DNA from: Octopus vulgaris
Lineage: Eukaryota
Assembly (NCBI GenBank): GCA_951406725.2
Contig: OX597824.1
Location: forward strand, 62,001-126,000
DNA length: 64,000 bases
Direction of reading: 5' to 3'
Within the stretch, counting starts at the first letter, position 1. Each line of letters starts with the position of its first letter. The translations under genes and the position numbers were made by a program. Below are positions 43,110-56,530 of the stretch, one piece after another. Under the pieces are notes generated by a model. It ran no database searches, was not told the origin of the DNA, and was given only the letters and a program-made list of their open reading frames with translations.

Positions 43110-43532
43110 GTATATGTATGTATGTATGCATATGTATATATGTATATATTAATGTATTGGACTTGTATCATAATAGTTGTCTTCCTTTTGAGGCTCAGCA
43201 CCCAGGAAAATCTTGATTCCGGTGTCCACATAAGCCACCCTCTTTTGTTCAAAGATGACCGCAGTGAAATTTGCGCGTAAATAACCAGATCAACATTGGA
43301 GCCAGATTCTCCTTGTTCTATGCATAATGGATTCATTACGATGTATAAGAGATGCAGTCACATCTATCGTTTTTATACAACGAATGATAAAAGGTGATCA
43401 ATCATGTTTTATGAGTAAAAAAGAATTACAAAGACACCAAATGACTTCGTTCATCACCATTTTCTTCACATCTGAAATGATTTGTTTTCCATTTCTATAA
43501 CAATATTCTCATTAAAACTCAAATCTTTTTAA

Positions 43533-43749
43533 AAACCCTTTTAATACCAACCCGACTTATGTCGCCCTTTTTTTTTCTATGATACAAACTTCCTGTTGTA
43601 AAGTAATCTAAAATCGTTACAGCAATATTAGTTATGTTCTAAACATCAGTTTTCATGACAAAGCTATTTTAGCAAATTTTTCGTTATTTTAAAAATTAAT
43701 TGAATCAAGGGTGGTGTATTTCAACAGAAATACAGTAACGAAAGAATTA
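43533..43749. mobile_element. Decayed TTAA-ended MITE
   Basis: AACCCTTTTAATAC ... GTAACGAAAGAATTAA imperfect inverted ends. Confidence 0.45.
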
Positions 43750-44318
43750 AGCTTTGTTGTTACTTGAAAAATATTTGACTGCCATAATCACTCTTATAAA
43801 ATTTTCCTCTTAGTTAAACAAGAAAATTTTCATAATTGCACTGACGAACCCTGTGAGGACGAAATGAATATGCATCGGGATTATCGTTAAAGGAAAACAA
43901 ATAAATAAATAAAACAGAAAAGTTTAACCATTTTATTATTTGATTACTTTTCAATTTTTTTCCCAAGTTTCTGAAAGAAAATAAATCATTAAAAAGATTC
44001 GTACTGTAAAAAGAGAACTGAATAATGAACCATGATGCATACATACATAGATACATACATACATACATACATACATACATACATACATACATACATACAT
44101 ACATACATACTACATACATACATACATACATACTACATACATGCATACATACATACATACATACATACATGTGTGTTTATATACATAGGTCTGTGTTTTT
44201 GTATGCGTGCATGTATATGTATACACACGCGCGCACGCATGCACACACACACACGCACAGATACACAAACGAGCATGTAAATACACAGCAAAAATAGACT
44301 AACATGCGTGTGTGTGTG

Positions 44319-44350
<32 letters not shown>

Positions 44351-45012
44351 CGTGCGTGCGTGCGTGTGATATACCACTGTAGAGACAGAAACAGCCCAAT
44401 TTCTGTGGGTAAAGGGTGAATCAAGGACGCTGCAGTATTCGGAAAGAAACGGCAGTTTTGAAATATATAAATACATGTAAAGACATCGATTGATGTCTAC
44501 AAGACTTTGAGAAACACTGAATTTCTAATTGTTCCAAATACATAACCAGAAAAGAAAAATTGTCTGGAAGTCAATAGAAGTAAAGAATGAAATAAACGAA
44601 TTAAACCCATTTTTTTAATGTTTTACGAATTTATTGATTTTTATTAGCGTTTTAGAAAAGAAATTAAATGGTTTTAGTGCAAGGGTGATTGTTTCCACTC
44701 TTCTTCTTTTCTATGTCTGTATATTTTGTGGAATAAATCAAATCTTAATTTACAATTTTTTTTTAAATGCCCCAATGTATTTGTCAAATTCCATCCCATT
44801 TGTTTTTATTTAAGTATGTGCGTACCTCCTTACGCGTTTTTTGCAGTCCATTATATGTATGAATGCATGTGTATGGGGGTATGTGTGTGTATGTATGTAT
44901 GTATGTATGTATGTATGTATGTATGTATGTATGTATGTATGTATGTATGTATGTATGTGTATGTATGTATGTATGTATGTGTGTATGTATGTATGTATGT
45001 AAGAGCCTTTGT

Positions 45013-45305
45013 GGCTAATGAGCTCGACAAGTTTTGAACTCAGAGCGCAGAGAGCCGGATCGAAGACACCCCCACCCACCGTTAGAACGTCGTAGAAAAA
45101 TGCTTTTTGGTATTCCTTTCGGCTCTTTAGATTTTGAGTTCAAAATCTCGCCAAGGTCAGCTCTGCTCTTCTTCCCTCCGGGGTCGCTAAAGTACAAGTC
45201 AAGTACTGGAATCGATGGTATCAACGGCGGAATTTCAACGTAAAGACAGACGAAATACGGCTCAGCATTTCGCCCGGCGTGCTAACCTTTCTGCCAGCTC
45301 GCGGC
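45013..45305. mobile_element. Two SINE family B fragments in opposite orientation
   Basis: + copy 45013-45215; - copy head 45225-45305 (reverse complement of GAGCTGGCAGAAAGGTTAGCACGCCGGGCGAAATGC). Confidence 0.7.
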
Positions 45306-45399
45306 CTTACTTGTACCACATTGTCGATTGAAAAGGAAAGGCAGTACAGTTGATATGTCAGCTGTTACACGTTTGGTAGTAAGAGCCACGGAAAGCATT

Positions 45400-46180
45400 T
45401 TGTTCAGGGGATCTAGAAACGCAATGGAACGTAGACACAGCCGAGACAGCAACAACATTAGCAGAGGCAGGCAGAATAGCAAATACAGTGATATCAGAAG
45501 CAAAGAAAGTAACAATAGAATCATCAACAACAATAGCGAATGCAGCAGAAACGGCAGCAGAGGCTGCAGCAACATTACCAGGTCCCAGAAGTAGCTGTTT
45601 CCAGAGCCTCACCTGTTGCAGCTTAAAGGATAGCGGAATATATCGCCTCGTCCTCGGTGCTACAGCCGACCCACAAGGGTTTCCTTCCACTGACCACAGT
45701 TTGTAGTATTATCCCATCGAAGAAAGAAGAGGAAAGATGGTCATGGGTTGTGCAAAAAGGAATGAAAAAAGAAGCTTCGTCACGAAAAAGAAGAAAAACT
45801 TAATCCAAACAGAAAGCGGGTGTCCAAGCACATCTATCCTGAAACTCGTATGAAATTCACAGCCAACGAAACTTAGTGAATGGCTAACCCTGCATCGGAG
45901 GAAATGCAAGAAGATGAAGAAGGGTTTGACTCCGTGGGATATGAAGGAGATAGACAACTAAGAAGAAGCATTTTGAGTCTACAAACAGTTATACTGTAAC
46001 TATAAGAGGACATGATACTTCCTTACTGTCTCTGATGGCTGAATTGCCTACGCCAACTTTGTGACGGAACATTTTGCATATCCGAATGAGGAGTTCATTG
46101 AAGTGGAAGGTAATCAAAGTTGTGGGGTGCCACGATCGAAACCAGATGCTAGCCTCTCACCCACGTGTAGGTGGCTGACT
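45400..46180 (+). pseudogene. Decayed coding-like repeat, possibly a LINE ORF1
   Basis: Purine-rich, microsatellite-free stretch with broken frames (RLVLGATADPQGFPS; KHIYPETRMKFTANE); family assignment is inference. Confidence 0.3.
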
Positions 46181-46462
46181 CGTTTCTACTTTGTGTTTTA
46201 TTTATCAGTGTAGTTACATATCTCATTTACATATTTACGTAAATTAAAATCTATAATGTATCCCAATATAGTTTTAAACGTCCTCGTCTGCCTCCCACAT
46301 CATCACTACTATTATAATTACCACCACCACCACCACCACCACCTCCATCCTCATCGTCATTACCATGTATCATTTTTATTATTATTGTTGTTGTTGTTGT
46401 TGTTGTTGTTATTATTGTTGTTGTTTTTGCTTTTGTTGTCGTTGTTGTTGTTATTCTTATTT

Positions 46463-46660
46463 GGGCGGCGGATTGGGAGAATCGATAGAGCGTCGGTCAG
46501 AAATGCCGGGCAGTATTCCCTCCGACTCTTTCCGTTCTAAGATCAAATACCGCCGCGGTCGACTTTGCTTTACTACCTTTCATCCTTTTGGAATCGATAA
46601 AATTTAGGGCCGGTCAAGTACCGGCTGATCGATAGCATCGACTAATCCCCCCCACCAAAT
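46463..46660 (+). mobile_element. SINE family B copy
   Basis: GGCGGCGGATTGG..GTCGACTTTGCTTT..CATCCTTTTGGAATCGATAAAA. Confidence 0.7.
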
Positions 46661-46680
46661 ATTGATGGCTATGTGCCTAA

Positions 46681-46805
46681 ATCATCATCATCATCATCAT
46701 CATCATCTTCTTCTTCTTCTTCTTCTTCTTCTTCTTTTTCTTCTTCTTCTTTTTCTTCTTCTTCTTCTTTTTCTTCTTCTTCTTCTTTTTCTAATTCTAA
46801 TTCTA

Positions 46806-46870
<65 letters not shown>

Positions 46871-46927
46871 TATTACTATTACGAGTATTATTATTATCAT
46901 CATCATCATCATCATCACCATCATCAC

Positions 46928-46984
<57 letters not shown>

Positions 46985-47000
46985 TATTATCATTATCATT
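46681..47000. repeat. Compound trinucleotide microsatellite (CAT/CTT/ATT/CAT)
   Basis: Direct reading. Confidence 0.95.
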
Positions 47001-47459
47001 CATTTCAATGAACCATAGTCAATTTTATAAACAATGGCGAACTGTCAGATAAACTAATGGACGTTTCAACAGAGTAATCGATGTGATGCGGAATCTGACC
47101 AACAATATATATAAACTCCAGCCATTTCAGTGCAAGACTTCTGCAGTTTCGTTATTAATGAATATTGCTATCGATATGTATCTATTTGATTCTGCTAACC
47201 ATTTTCTCAGAGTGTTATCTTACAAATATATTTTCTGCCGGTTTTAGTTTTGTTGTTTATTTATTTTTGTCTGTTTATTTTGGGGTTTATGTGGAATTTT
47301 GCACATTTTTGTTCCGATGTTATGTTTGTGTCGTTTGGTTAGTAATACGTTAGAATTTTGGATCAACCAATCCAATACCAAAATTAGCGTACGTTATATA
47401 TATATATGTGTGTGTGTGCATATATATAGATAGATATACATATATATACATATATATAT

Positions 47460-47522
<63 letters not shown>

Positions 47523-47721
47523 CATATATATATATGTATATATATATACACATATATGGTTTTATATACACATATATATATATATATATATATGCATATA
47601 TATATATATATGCATATATATACACACATGTATATATATATATATGTATATAAATATCCATATCCATTATTTAAATACATACATGCATACATACAAACAT
47701 ACATATATGCATATATATATG

Positions 47722-47754
<33 letters not shown>

Positions 47755-48073
47755 ATATGAATGTGTGTGTGTGTGTGTGTGTGTATGTTTATTTGTACAT
47801 ATGTATGTTTGTATATATTTCTATATACATACACTGAAAAATTGTTGTACTATCGTTGAGAAATTTATAAATCTATTGAACATGTTAAGAAGCCCGGTAT
47901 CCTGGCTACTAAAATATTCTTGGCTCGTTTCCTACTGAGAGAAATGGCGCAAATTATGTGTATATTGAGTGGGACGAACAGGGAAATAAAACATCTCACT
48001 GAATCAATAAACAAGCAAGCACACACACACACACACGCGCGCACACACACACGCGCGCACACACACACACGCG

Positions 48074-48104
<31 letters not shown>

Positions 48105-48194
48105 TCACATTTAAAAGAAAAACCTATTATACAGATTGTTTTCAAATTCTGTGTCTACTTTACAAAATAACAGCCGGAAGTGAGCTCTTTGGGG

Positions 48195-48715
48195 GAGGCG
48201 GGTAAAAATAACATTGCTGACATTTCATCGTAAACATTCGATGTTTAAAGTAGTCTGATCAAAAGGTGTCGGTGCTGTTGCTATGGTAACAAAACTAAAG
48301 TACTCAGAGTGGAACCGCTTGGCAGACTGACCTTGAACTCTGTCACGCTTGCACACTAAGTTGTAGTATTCTGGCTCACTTCTGTTGTTTGAAACAATGA
48401 TTTGAATAAAAGTGTGTAGAGTGTGGTCGTCTGGAAAAGAAGATCGGGCCTCAGTTGAGTAGAATCTCCTTGATTCAGTCGAGGAAGACGGAAGGTTTTT
48501 GAAAAATGTCATAACAGGTGATGAATCGTGCGTCAATGGCCCCGAAACCAACGCAAAAGTCAAATCCCACTTCTCAAGACGCCGAGGAAATCCAAGACAA
48601 TGCGACAATGCATCCTAAAAAAGGAATTCCAGGAATTTTTCATCAATAAAAACGACGCTGGATAAAGTGTGTGACTTCAAAAGAGGACGGCTCTGAAAGA
48701 GATTAAATGCTGAAC
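48195..48715 (+). mobile_element. Internally deleted mariner remnant
   Basis: FLKNVITGDESCV..PET catalytic-D1 motif at ~48497-48550. Confidence 0.6.
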
Positions 48716-48735
48716 TGATATATACATACATACAT

Positions 48736-48802
<67 letters not shown>

Positions 48803-48896
48803 TAGACACACGTATATATATACATACATATGCATACACGCACACGTGCATATATATATATATACATGCACAAACACACACACACACATACATACA

Positions 48897-48965
<69 letters not shown>

Positions 48966-48973
48966 GTATGTAT

Positions 48974-49232
48974 ACGACGCCCCGAGGCTATTGTAAAAGT
49001 CACTTGCCTAAGGCACCACACGGTGAGATAGAACACGGAACCTTTGTGACTGGGCAGCAAACTTCTTACCACACAGCCACACCTGCGCCTATGCTTTACT
49101 TGTATCAGTCTTTGGATTGCGCCCATACTGGAGCACCACCTTGAAATGTTTCAGTCGTACGAATCGATCCTCAGTGCTTATTTACTAAAACGTGGTGCTT
49201 ATTTTATCGGATTCGTTATGCTGAACCGCTAG
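48974..49232 (-). mobile_element. SINE family A head (48974-49090) and tail (49095-49232) fragments
   Basis: Match the reverse complement of 13079-13477. Confidence 0.75.
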
Positions 49233-49668
49233 CAAGAGTAGAAAAGGATCTTATTTAATCTGAACTTACATAAAACTACAGTTAGGCGAAACTTCATAGA
49301 AATTCAACTCGTCCCTACTTAGTGGTATTTCAGCCAACAAGGTGTATCAATGGACATTACTCCATTCCTATTTGAACCTGTAAATTTAGTTATTCGTCAA
49401 AATGCAAAATATGTTAAGAGGTGAATTATGAACTAGGGAGCTAAGATAGCGCTTGTTAGAACTAACTTTGCAATATTATTATGTACTCGTAACGGGAAAG
49501 CTTAAATACGAGATAACTATATCTGGATTTTGACGTATAACCGTATAACTATACATGCATACATACATATATGTATGCATATACACACATATATACATGT
49601 ATACATATATATACATGTTTATCTATATATATGTATATATAAATATGTGTGTGTGCATGTGGGGTGTT

Positions 49669-49712
<44 letters not shown>

Positions 49713-49970
49713 CATACATACATACATACATACATACATACATACATACATACATACATACATACATACATACATACATACATACATACATACATAAGTT
49801 AGCGGTGTTTACACCCTCTAAGGGATAGATGTATCCAGAGGCGCTCCTGGTAATTAACTCAGTATGCATGGTTCTTGTTATAAGATATACGGTAGTAATT
49901 TAAAGTAAACCGTAGTTTCCTGTACATATTGACGTTAAGGAAATGGAGGAATAAATAACAATGAGAAGTG

Positions 49971-50387
49971 GATCTTTGGTGTTATAAAGCCATTAATTAA
50001 TTAATTATTAATTAATTAAGATGAGAGTATGTTAGAGTAAGTTTACAGCTGTTTCAGTAAATCAGAATGAAAAAGGCAACGATAAACAAGAATAGATTAG
50101 AGAGAAAGAAAGTGTAAGGAAAAAACAGGAAAAAGAAGATGTTCAATAATTCGATAGTCTTACATTTTTGTTGGGTTCAAAGTCCAATAAATCAGTTGCA
50201 GAATAGATGAGAAGAGAGTTAGTTGAATCTAAGGTCCCATAATTAGTTATTACCATAACTTTCACGCGTTCTGATGATGTCTATCAATTACGAGGTAAAT
50301 ACCCAGCCTGATATATGGAAACAGCTGTAAACTTTGACATACTCTCAACTTAATTAATTAAATAATGGCTTTATAACTCCAAAGATC
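49971..50387. mobile_element. Penelope-type foldback with hammerhead motif at 50268-50332 (+)
   Basis: Arms 49971-50056 / 50318-50387; GTT-CTGATGA-..TATCA...TGATA..-GAA-ACAGCTGT-A-AAC. Confidence 0.65.
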
Positions 50388-50418
50388 ACGTGATTTCGAC
50401 CTCCATTGGTCTCGTCAA

Positions 50419-50714
50419 TGATGGACGCTCGACTGCTGAAGAGAGCCGTAACTTATCTCCGCGTCAGCATTATATAGAGAAACGGTGTAAGAACAGGCGC
50501 TGGTGTCGCGATTAACCAGTTTTAACAAAACATCCACGTTTGTGTTGGAATAAATATTACCTTTCGATATTAATACTGGCTCTGTCGCTAATATAGATAT
50601 TTTAACAAGCTCACTGGTTAATAGTGACACCAGCGCCTGTTCCAACACTGTTTTTCTATATATCACTGGCGGGGAGATGAGTTGCGGTTACCTCTAGCGG
50701 TCGAGCGCCCATCA
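50419..50714. repeat. Imperfect ~100-bp-arm hairpin
   Basis: GAACAGGCGCTGGTGTC..ATTAACCAGT vs ACTGGTTAAT..GACACCAGCGCCTGTTC, with pairing that extends outward. Confidence 0.85.
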
Positions 50715-51394
50715 ATACAAAGCTAGGACACAGTAAAAGGGTGTATAAATCTATGATCTCTAATTGTAGGGTATATAACACATTTAAACTATATATGATG
50801 AATACGGATTCAAGAATCGTCTTTTTATTGATTCGGAACCCTTAGAGATGATATATGCGAGTGGGGTAGAGCTTAACGACAAACGATAAGTATATATGTC
50901 GGTAAGCATTATTAAATAAATGAGAATTGTATTTGACGAAATGACAGTTGTGTGGCTTTTAGAATAAAAAAAAACGAATCAAAGAATTTTCTCAGCGGAG
51001 ATAATTAAAAACATTATGTCCTTATAAGGTAATTGTGCAAAGGATATAATCTCGCGGATAATAAAACGTGTTTTGGTGTCAAATATGTGTGAATTATAAT
51101 GGTTAATAGTATATAGAAGAGAAACGGTATTGTAAATTAACTGGTGTTCTTTATCGTTAGAAAAATAAAATTATGTAACGCTATATTAGCATTATAATAG
51201 AAGAAAAATGTATTGAATGCAATTGAGAGAATCATTCTTATTGTATGAATAAATTAGTTTCGGTGATTATGCAAAAGAAAATCTCGATAAAACATATACG
51301 ATGCAAATTAGGAATGAATACGGATTTATTTGCTACAAATATGAGCGCATGAAGTTTGGGGAGGAATAAAAAGTAATATCTTCGTATATAGGAT

Positions 51395-51499
<105 letters not shown>

Positions 51500-51613
51500 G
51501 AGTGTGTGTGTATGTATGCATGTATGTATGTATATATATTAATAATAATAAATGGCATTGAGACTTGTACATCTACAAAATTTATTTTATAGTTATATGC
51601 AGCATATCATAAT

Positions 51614-51697
51614 GACCGACACGTGTTTCCGCTGCTGTGACTATTCCCTGTTGCAAATGCAGCCTTGCAATATTACCGGTGCAGCTATATCAGGGTC
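51614..51697 (-). ncRNA. Degenerate hammerhead motif with extended stem II
   Basis: GACC-CTGATAT-A-GCTGC...GCAGC-G-GAA-ACACGTGT-C-GGTC. Confidence 0.6.
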
Positions 51698-51943
51698 CGT
51701 CGATTTGGTCGTACTCGAAGTGAGCTCATCGTTGTGGTTAGTCGGACAGTCCGACGAACGGGGACGTGGGATTCTGAGTAACAGTTTTTGTGATGTCTTT
51801 GCAGTTGTATTAATAAAGCATATTACTCTACTTCCGGTATTTGAGTACTATTTTTTCAACCTTGTTTCACCTATATGTGCTTACTCTGGTATACATACAT
51901 ACATACATACATACATACATACATACATACATACATACATACA

Positions 51944-52007
<64 letters not shown>

Positions 52008-52086
52008 CAAACATACATACATACATACATACATACATACATACATACATACATACATACATACACACATACATACATACATACAT

Positions 52087-52845
52087 GATGCCCCTTCGTT
52101 ATCGAGTATGGCCATTGCATGAGGCTTAACTGTTACTGGTGCTGTGATCGAATGTGACTTTTTAGCCCAGCTAAAGATCTACAATGTCTTGTACAGAATT
52201 GGCAACTAAAACCTTTACTGGTAATAGCCGGCTGTAGTTGTAATTGGGCTTCATGTACCTTTGCATGTCGTTTAAGTCCTCCCGTCGAATCACACTCCCT
52301 TCCACATACCTGACAGATATGATTAGTATGGTGTGTAGCACTACCACCAGCGGCCTGGTTGTCAGTCATCGGTCTCGCTTTATGACTACGAAGATGAATC
52401 TTGAGTCCAGTTTTACTGAGCAGGGTTTTGCCCAGACACTGCATGTCAGCATCATAGAAAGACCCATATCGTCTGGAAGTGCAACAGCGATGCCCTTCCT
52501 GACATCCCTATTTACTTTCTCATGCGTAACTCAAGATTTCTCAAAAGTAACTGTCCCCTCGTGCACAATCCTTCTCCACCTGCTACTATCAATAGCTATG
52601 CCCTCCCGTGTGTCAGGAGAGATGCTAGCAAGTTTCAAGGAAGCCTTCAGCAAGTCTTTATACCTCTTTTTTGGTTTATGTGGAGGTCGTTCTCTTTTAG
52701 CTAACTCTCCATAAAAAAGTTGTTTTGGCATCCTTGAATCTTTCATCTTGACCAGATGACCACTCCATCTGAGCATTTGCTTTAACACAAGAGCTTCTAT
52801 ACTTTCACACCGAGAGCCTTCAAATATCTCAAGATCACTGATACA
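52087..52845 (-). mobile_element. 3' end of an RTE-clade LINE with three C-terminal C2H2 fingers
   Basis: LRWSGHLVKMKDSRMPKQLFYGEL..RP..KPKKRYKD..W; followed by C..GK...GLKIHLRSH, CQVC..GLKRHAKVH, CQFC..GLKSHIRSQH. Confidence 0.88.
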
Positions 52846-52849
52846 TACA

Positions 52850-52917
<68 letters not shown>

Positions 52918-52918
<1 letters not shown>

Positions 52919-53285
52919 CGGGAAGCTTTATGAAAATAAACAAAAGACGAAGGCAGGTGGAAAACAAACGAACAATTGTATTAGTATGGCGCTCAGGAAA
53001 TATAAATAAAACAAGTCTTTAACGTTTCGAGCCTACGCTCTTCAACAGAAAGATATACAGAGAGAGAAAAACACAGAAAGAAGGAGAGAAAAAAATGCGT
53101 GCAGTAGCTAACGAATCAACATGGCGATCTGATTTCGGCCAGAGGTCAAAGATCAAACATGAGACGCGAGAGCGAAATAAGGGGAGATAATAGGGTTGAT
53201 AAACGGGTTGAGGGACCAGCTAATAGTGCGTGGGAGGGGTCTGGATGTGTGTATGTATAGGGTTGGTGTATGTATTAGTACGTAT

Positions 53286-53328
<43 letters not shown>

Positions 53329-54812
53329 AGAGAGTATTAGTGCGTAGGATTGGTCTGGACGTGCGTATGTATGGGGTTGGTGTATGTATTAGTATGTATT
53401 AGTATGTATTAGTACGTATTGGTATGTATAGGTGTGTGTGTGTGTGTGTGTGTGTGAGAGTATAAGTGCGTATGCGGGGTCTGGACGTGTGTATGTATAG
53501 GGTTGGTGTAAGTATTAGTATGTACTAGTATGTATTAGTACGTATTAGTATGTATTAGTTGGTGTGTGTATTAGTATGGCACATCATATGTGATGTGATG
53601 TGTAAAGTCATGTGGTGTAGTGAGGAGAAGAGGGGGAGGGGGAGAAGAGAGGGGGAGAGAGAAGGGGAGGGGAAGAAGAGGGGGAGGAGAAGGGGGAAGA
53701 GGAGAGGATGGGGGAGAAGGAAGGGGAGGAGGGGGATGAAGGAGGAAAGAGGGAGAGGGGGAGAGAGAAGGGGAGAGAGGGAGTGAGGGAGCAGAGGGAA
53801 GGGGAAGAGGGAGGGGGAAGAAGGGAAGGGGAGTAGGGGTGAAAGGATGAAGGACTGAAGAAGTAGGGGTCGGGGGGAGAAAGGATAGGTGAGGAGGGGG
53901 AGAGGGGGGTTAGATGAGGAGGGGGGAGAGTTGAGACCAAATGGCGTATAAGAGCGAAGAGAGAAGATTAATTCCTGTTCACGGCGCAAACGGGAATCCG
54001 GATGGCCTCTGTGTAAGGACAAACCGAACACAGATAGGTGTTGCAAGGAGTGACCGGTGGAGCGGAAATGGCGTGAGACCGGTGTGTCGTTCGCAAGGTG
54101 GATGTCACGAAGGTGTTCCGCGAACCGGTCAGCCAAGCGGCGTCCCGTTTGTCCGATGTACAAGGAATTGCAGAGAGAGCAAGAGATGCAATAGATAATA
54201 TTGCTGGAGGTGCAGGTGAAGGAGTGGATGATGGGATAGGGTCGATGGTGGGTGCTAGTGAGGCGGGTGGTGTTGGAGAGGTAAGGGCAAGTGCGGCAAC
54301 GTGGGCGGGAGCAGGGGAACGAGCCGGGTTGGGAGGTAGGGTCAGGGAAGGAGCTATGGACCAAAAGGTCTCGAAGGTTGTGGGCTCGTTTGAAAGAGGG
54401 GAGGGGTCGGTTAGGGAAGAGGTGTGAAGTGGACGGGTCGGACTGGAGATGACGGAAAGCTCGAAGAATGGTGCGTTGGAGACGTAGGGTCGTGGGGTGG
54501 TAAGTGAGGGGAAAAGGGAGGCGGGAGACTACAGGGCGGGTTCGGGGAGAGAGAGCAGATACGCGGTCCACGGACCGTGCTCTGGCAAGGGCGGTGTGGA
54601 TAGTGGTGAGGGGGTATCCACGTAGGGTGAAGTGGTGAGCCATACGTTGAGACTGAGTCTCAAAGTCATGGTCGTCACTACAGAGCCTACGTAGACGGAG
54701 GAATTGGGAATAGGGGATGGAAAGCTTGGTGTGTTCTGGGTGGGAGGAAGAGAAGTTGAGGTATGAGTGTGAGTCTGTGTGTTTGTAGTGAATGGAGGTG
54801 GTAAGAGTGGAG
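52918..54812 (-). mobile_element. 5'-truncated Penelope-like retroelement (Neptune-like)
   Basis: RT thumb, Zn linker and GIY-YIG ORF, then a simple-repeat 3'UTR, hammerhead-like motif at 53016-53053, and a terminus at (TA)n. Confidence 0.9.
53555..54812 (-). CDS. Penelope-like RT thumb + GIY-YIG endonuclease (partial, open frame)
   Basis: TSIHYKHTDSHSYLNFSSSHP..IPYSQFLRLRRLCS; CSRPRCRTC; NIIYCISCSLCNSLYIGQTGRRLADRFAEH; RLRREQELIFSLRSYTPFGLN. Confidence 0.88.
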
Positions 54813-55093
54813 TGAAGAATGCTAACCGAAATGTCATGCAGTTAAGTCAGAACAGAAGCTCACTCAATGTGAGAAATAGAGCGGCTATATTTCTATATCA
54901 CCAGACAGTGAATTATTGGTGATAGCCATATAACCGATCAGAATGTCGGTTTTGTGTCGACTATGGCACTTGGCCATATTGTCGACTCATCAGACATTCT
55001 GGTTGGAAGCACGAAACCGACAGTAACATTTTTGACCAGTCATAACCGGCAATATCCTGCTCGAAAATACATATATACATACATACATACTCG

Positions 55094-55168
<75 letters not shown>

Positions 55169-55621
55169 GCGTGCACGCACGCACTTATATCTTCGCCTGG
55201 ATTTCTCAAGTCCCTGTTTTCTGCCATTATATGTTCCGTCGCACATGAAACTTCAACGAGAAAAGCGTTTGTGGAATTCTCCTATTAGCATTGCGAAGTA
55301 GGAAACGATACAATAAGTTAAATTGATCGAATCGCTGTTATTGTGTAAATAAGTTAGTTTCTCTGATAATCAGGAAACAAAATCCAATAAAGAACACAGT
55401 GAGGAAATACGTAAGAGAATAATGGCTTAATGGATATAGCAATCTTTTGATTATTTTAATCTGTAAAGAAACAAAATCAAAATAGAAAACAGACATAGTT
55501 GTTACCGAGTGATTTGGTAGTTAACAAAAGTGATCGTAAGTGTATTTAAGAATGAAGATTTATGATGCGGGGATTGAATAAAAAAAAAATGTGGATATCG
55601 TAGGTGTTATAAAAGTTGTAG

Positions 55622-55941
55622 TGAAGGCGCGTGGCTTAGTGGTTAGGGCATTCGGCTCACGATTGTAAGGTCGTGAGTTCGATTCCCGGTAACGTGTTGG
55701 GTCCTTGAGCAAGACACTTTATTTCACGTTGCTCCAGTCCACTCAGCTGGCAAAAGTGAGTTGTATCTGTAATTCAAAGGGCCGGTCTTGTCATACTTTG
55801 TGTCACGCTGAATCTCCCCGAGAACTACGTTAAGGGTACGCGTGTCTGTGGATTGCTCAGTCACTTGCACGTTAATTTCACGAGCAGGCTGTTCCGTTGA
55901 TCGTATCAGCTGGGACCCTCGTCGTCGTAACCGACGGAGTG
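55622..55941 (+). mobile_element. tRNA-derived SINE (family C)
   Basis: A-box TGGCTTAGTGG, B-box GAGTTCGATTCCC, CCTTGAGCAAGACACTT central domain. Confidence 0.85.
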
Positions 55942-56111
55942 ATCCTAGTCTAGTAGTATAAAAGTTGTGTATTGTTTAATCTACTGCAAAATATTAAGGG
56001 AGAATTTTTAAAGAAGATATTTGCTAGACAAATTAGTAGGGTAATCAGCATATTTTTGTTGGCTGATAAAATTAGCGCCTTCTATTTCGTGTTATATTAG
56101 AAGGGAAATGA

Positions 56112-56246
56112 AGGCGGCGAGCCAGAAGAATGGTTACGGTGCTGGAAAAATGCCCCGCAGCATTTCTTCCGATTTTACGTTCTGACTTCAAATGTCGCCG
56201 AGGTCGACTTTGCCTCTCACCCTTTCGGAGATCGATAAAATAAGTA
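56112..56246 (+). mobile_element. SINE family B copy
   Basis: GGCGGCGAGCC..GCCGAGGTCGACTTTGCC..GATCGATAAAATAAGTA. Confidence 0.75.
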
Positions 56247-56247
56247 A

Positions 56248-56530
56248 GGGATCCAGTTGATCCGATTAACGGAACAGCCTACTCGTGAAGTCAACGTGCA
56301 AGTGGCTGAGTACTCCACAGACAGGTGAACCCTTAACGTAGTTGTCAGGGAGATTCAGCGTGACACGGAATGTGACAAGCCCGGCCCTTTGAATTTTAGG
56401 TACGACTCATTTTTGCCAGCTGAGTGGACTGGTGCAACGTGAAATAAAGTGTCTTGCTCAAGGATACAACGTGCTGCCGGGAATCGAACTCACGACTTCA
56501 CGATCGTCAGCTGATTACCCTAACCACCAA
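56248..56530 (-). mobile_element. SINE family C, inverted copy
   Basis: Reverse complement of 55635-55917. Confidence 0.85.

Noticed and set aside
52133-52444. Host C2H2 zinc-finger gene
   Set aside because: Contiguous with an RTE LINE C-terminus and lacks TGEKP linkers or evident splice structure
53555-53925. Pro/Leu/Ser-rich C-terminal extension of the PLE protein
   Set aside because: Read-through of a pyrimidine-rich low-complexity tract after the GLN motif where such ORFs usually end
55625-55690. tRNA gene
   Set aside because: The tRNA-like head runs into a SINE body that has a second copy at 56248-56530; the same applies to 13079
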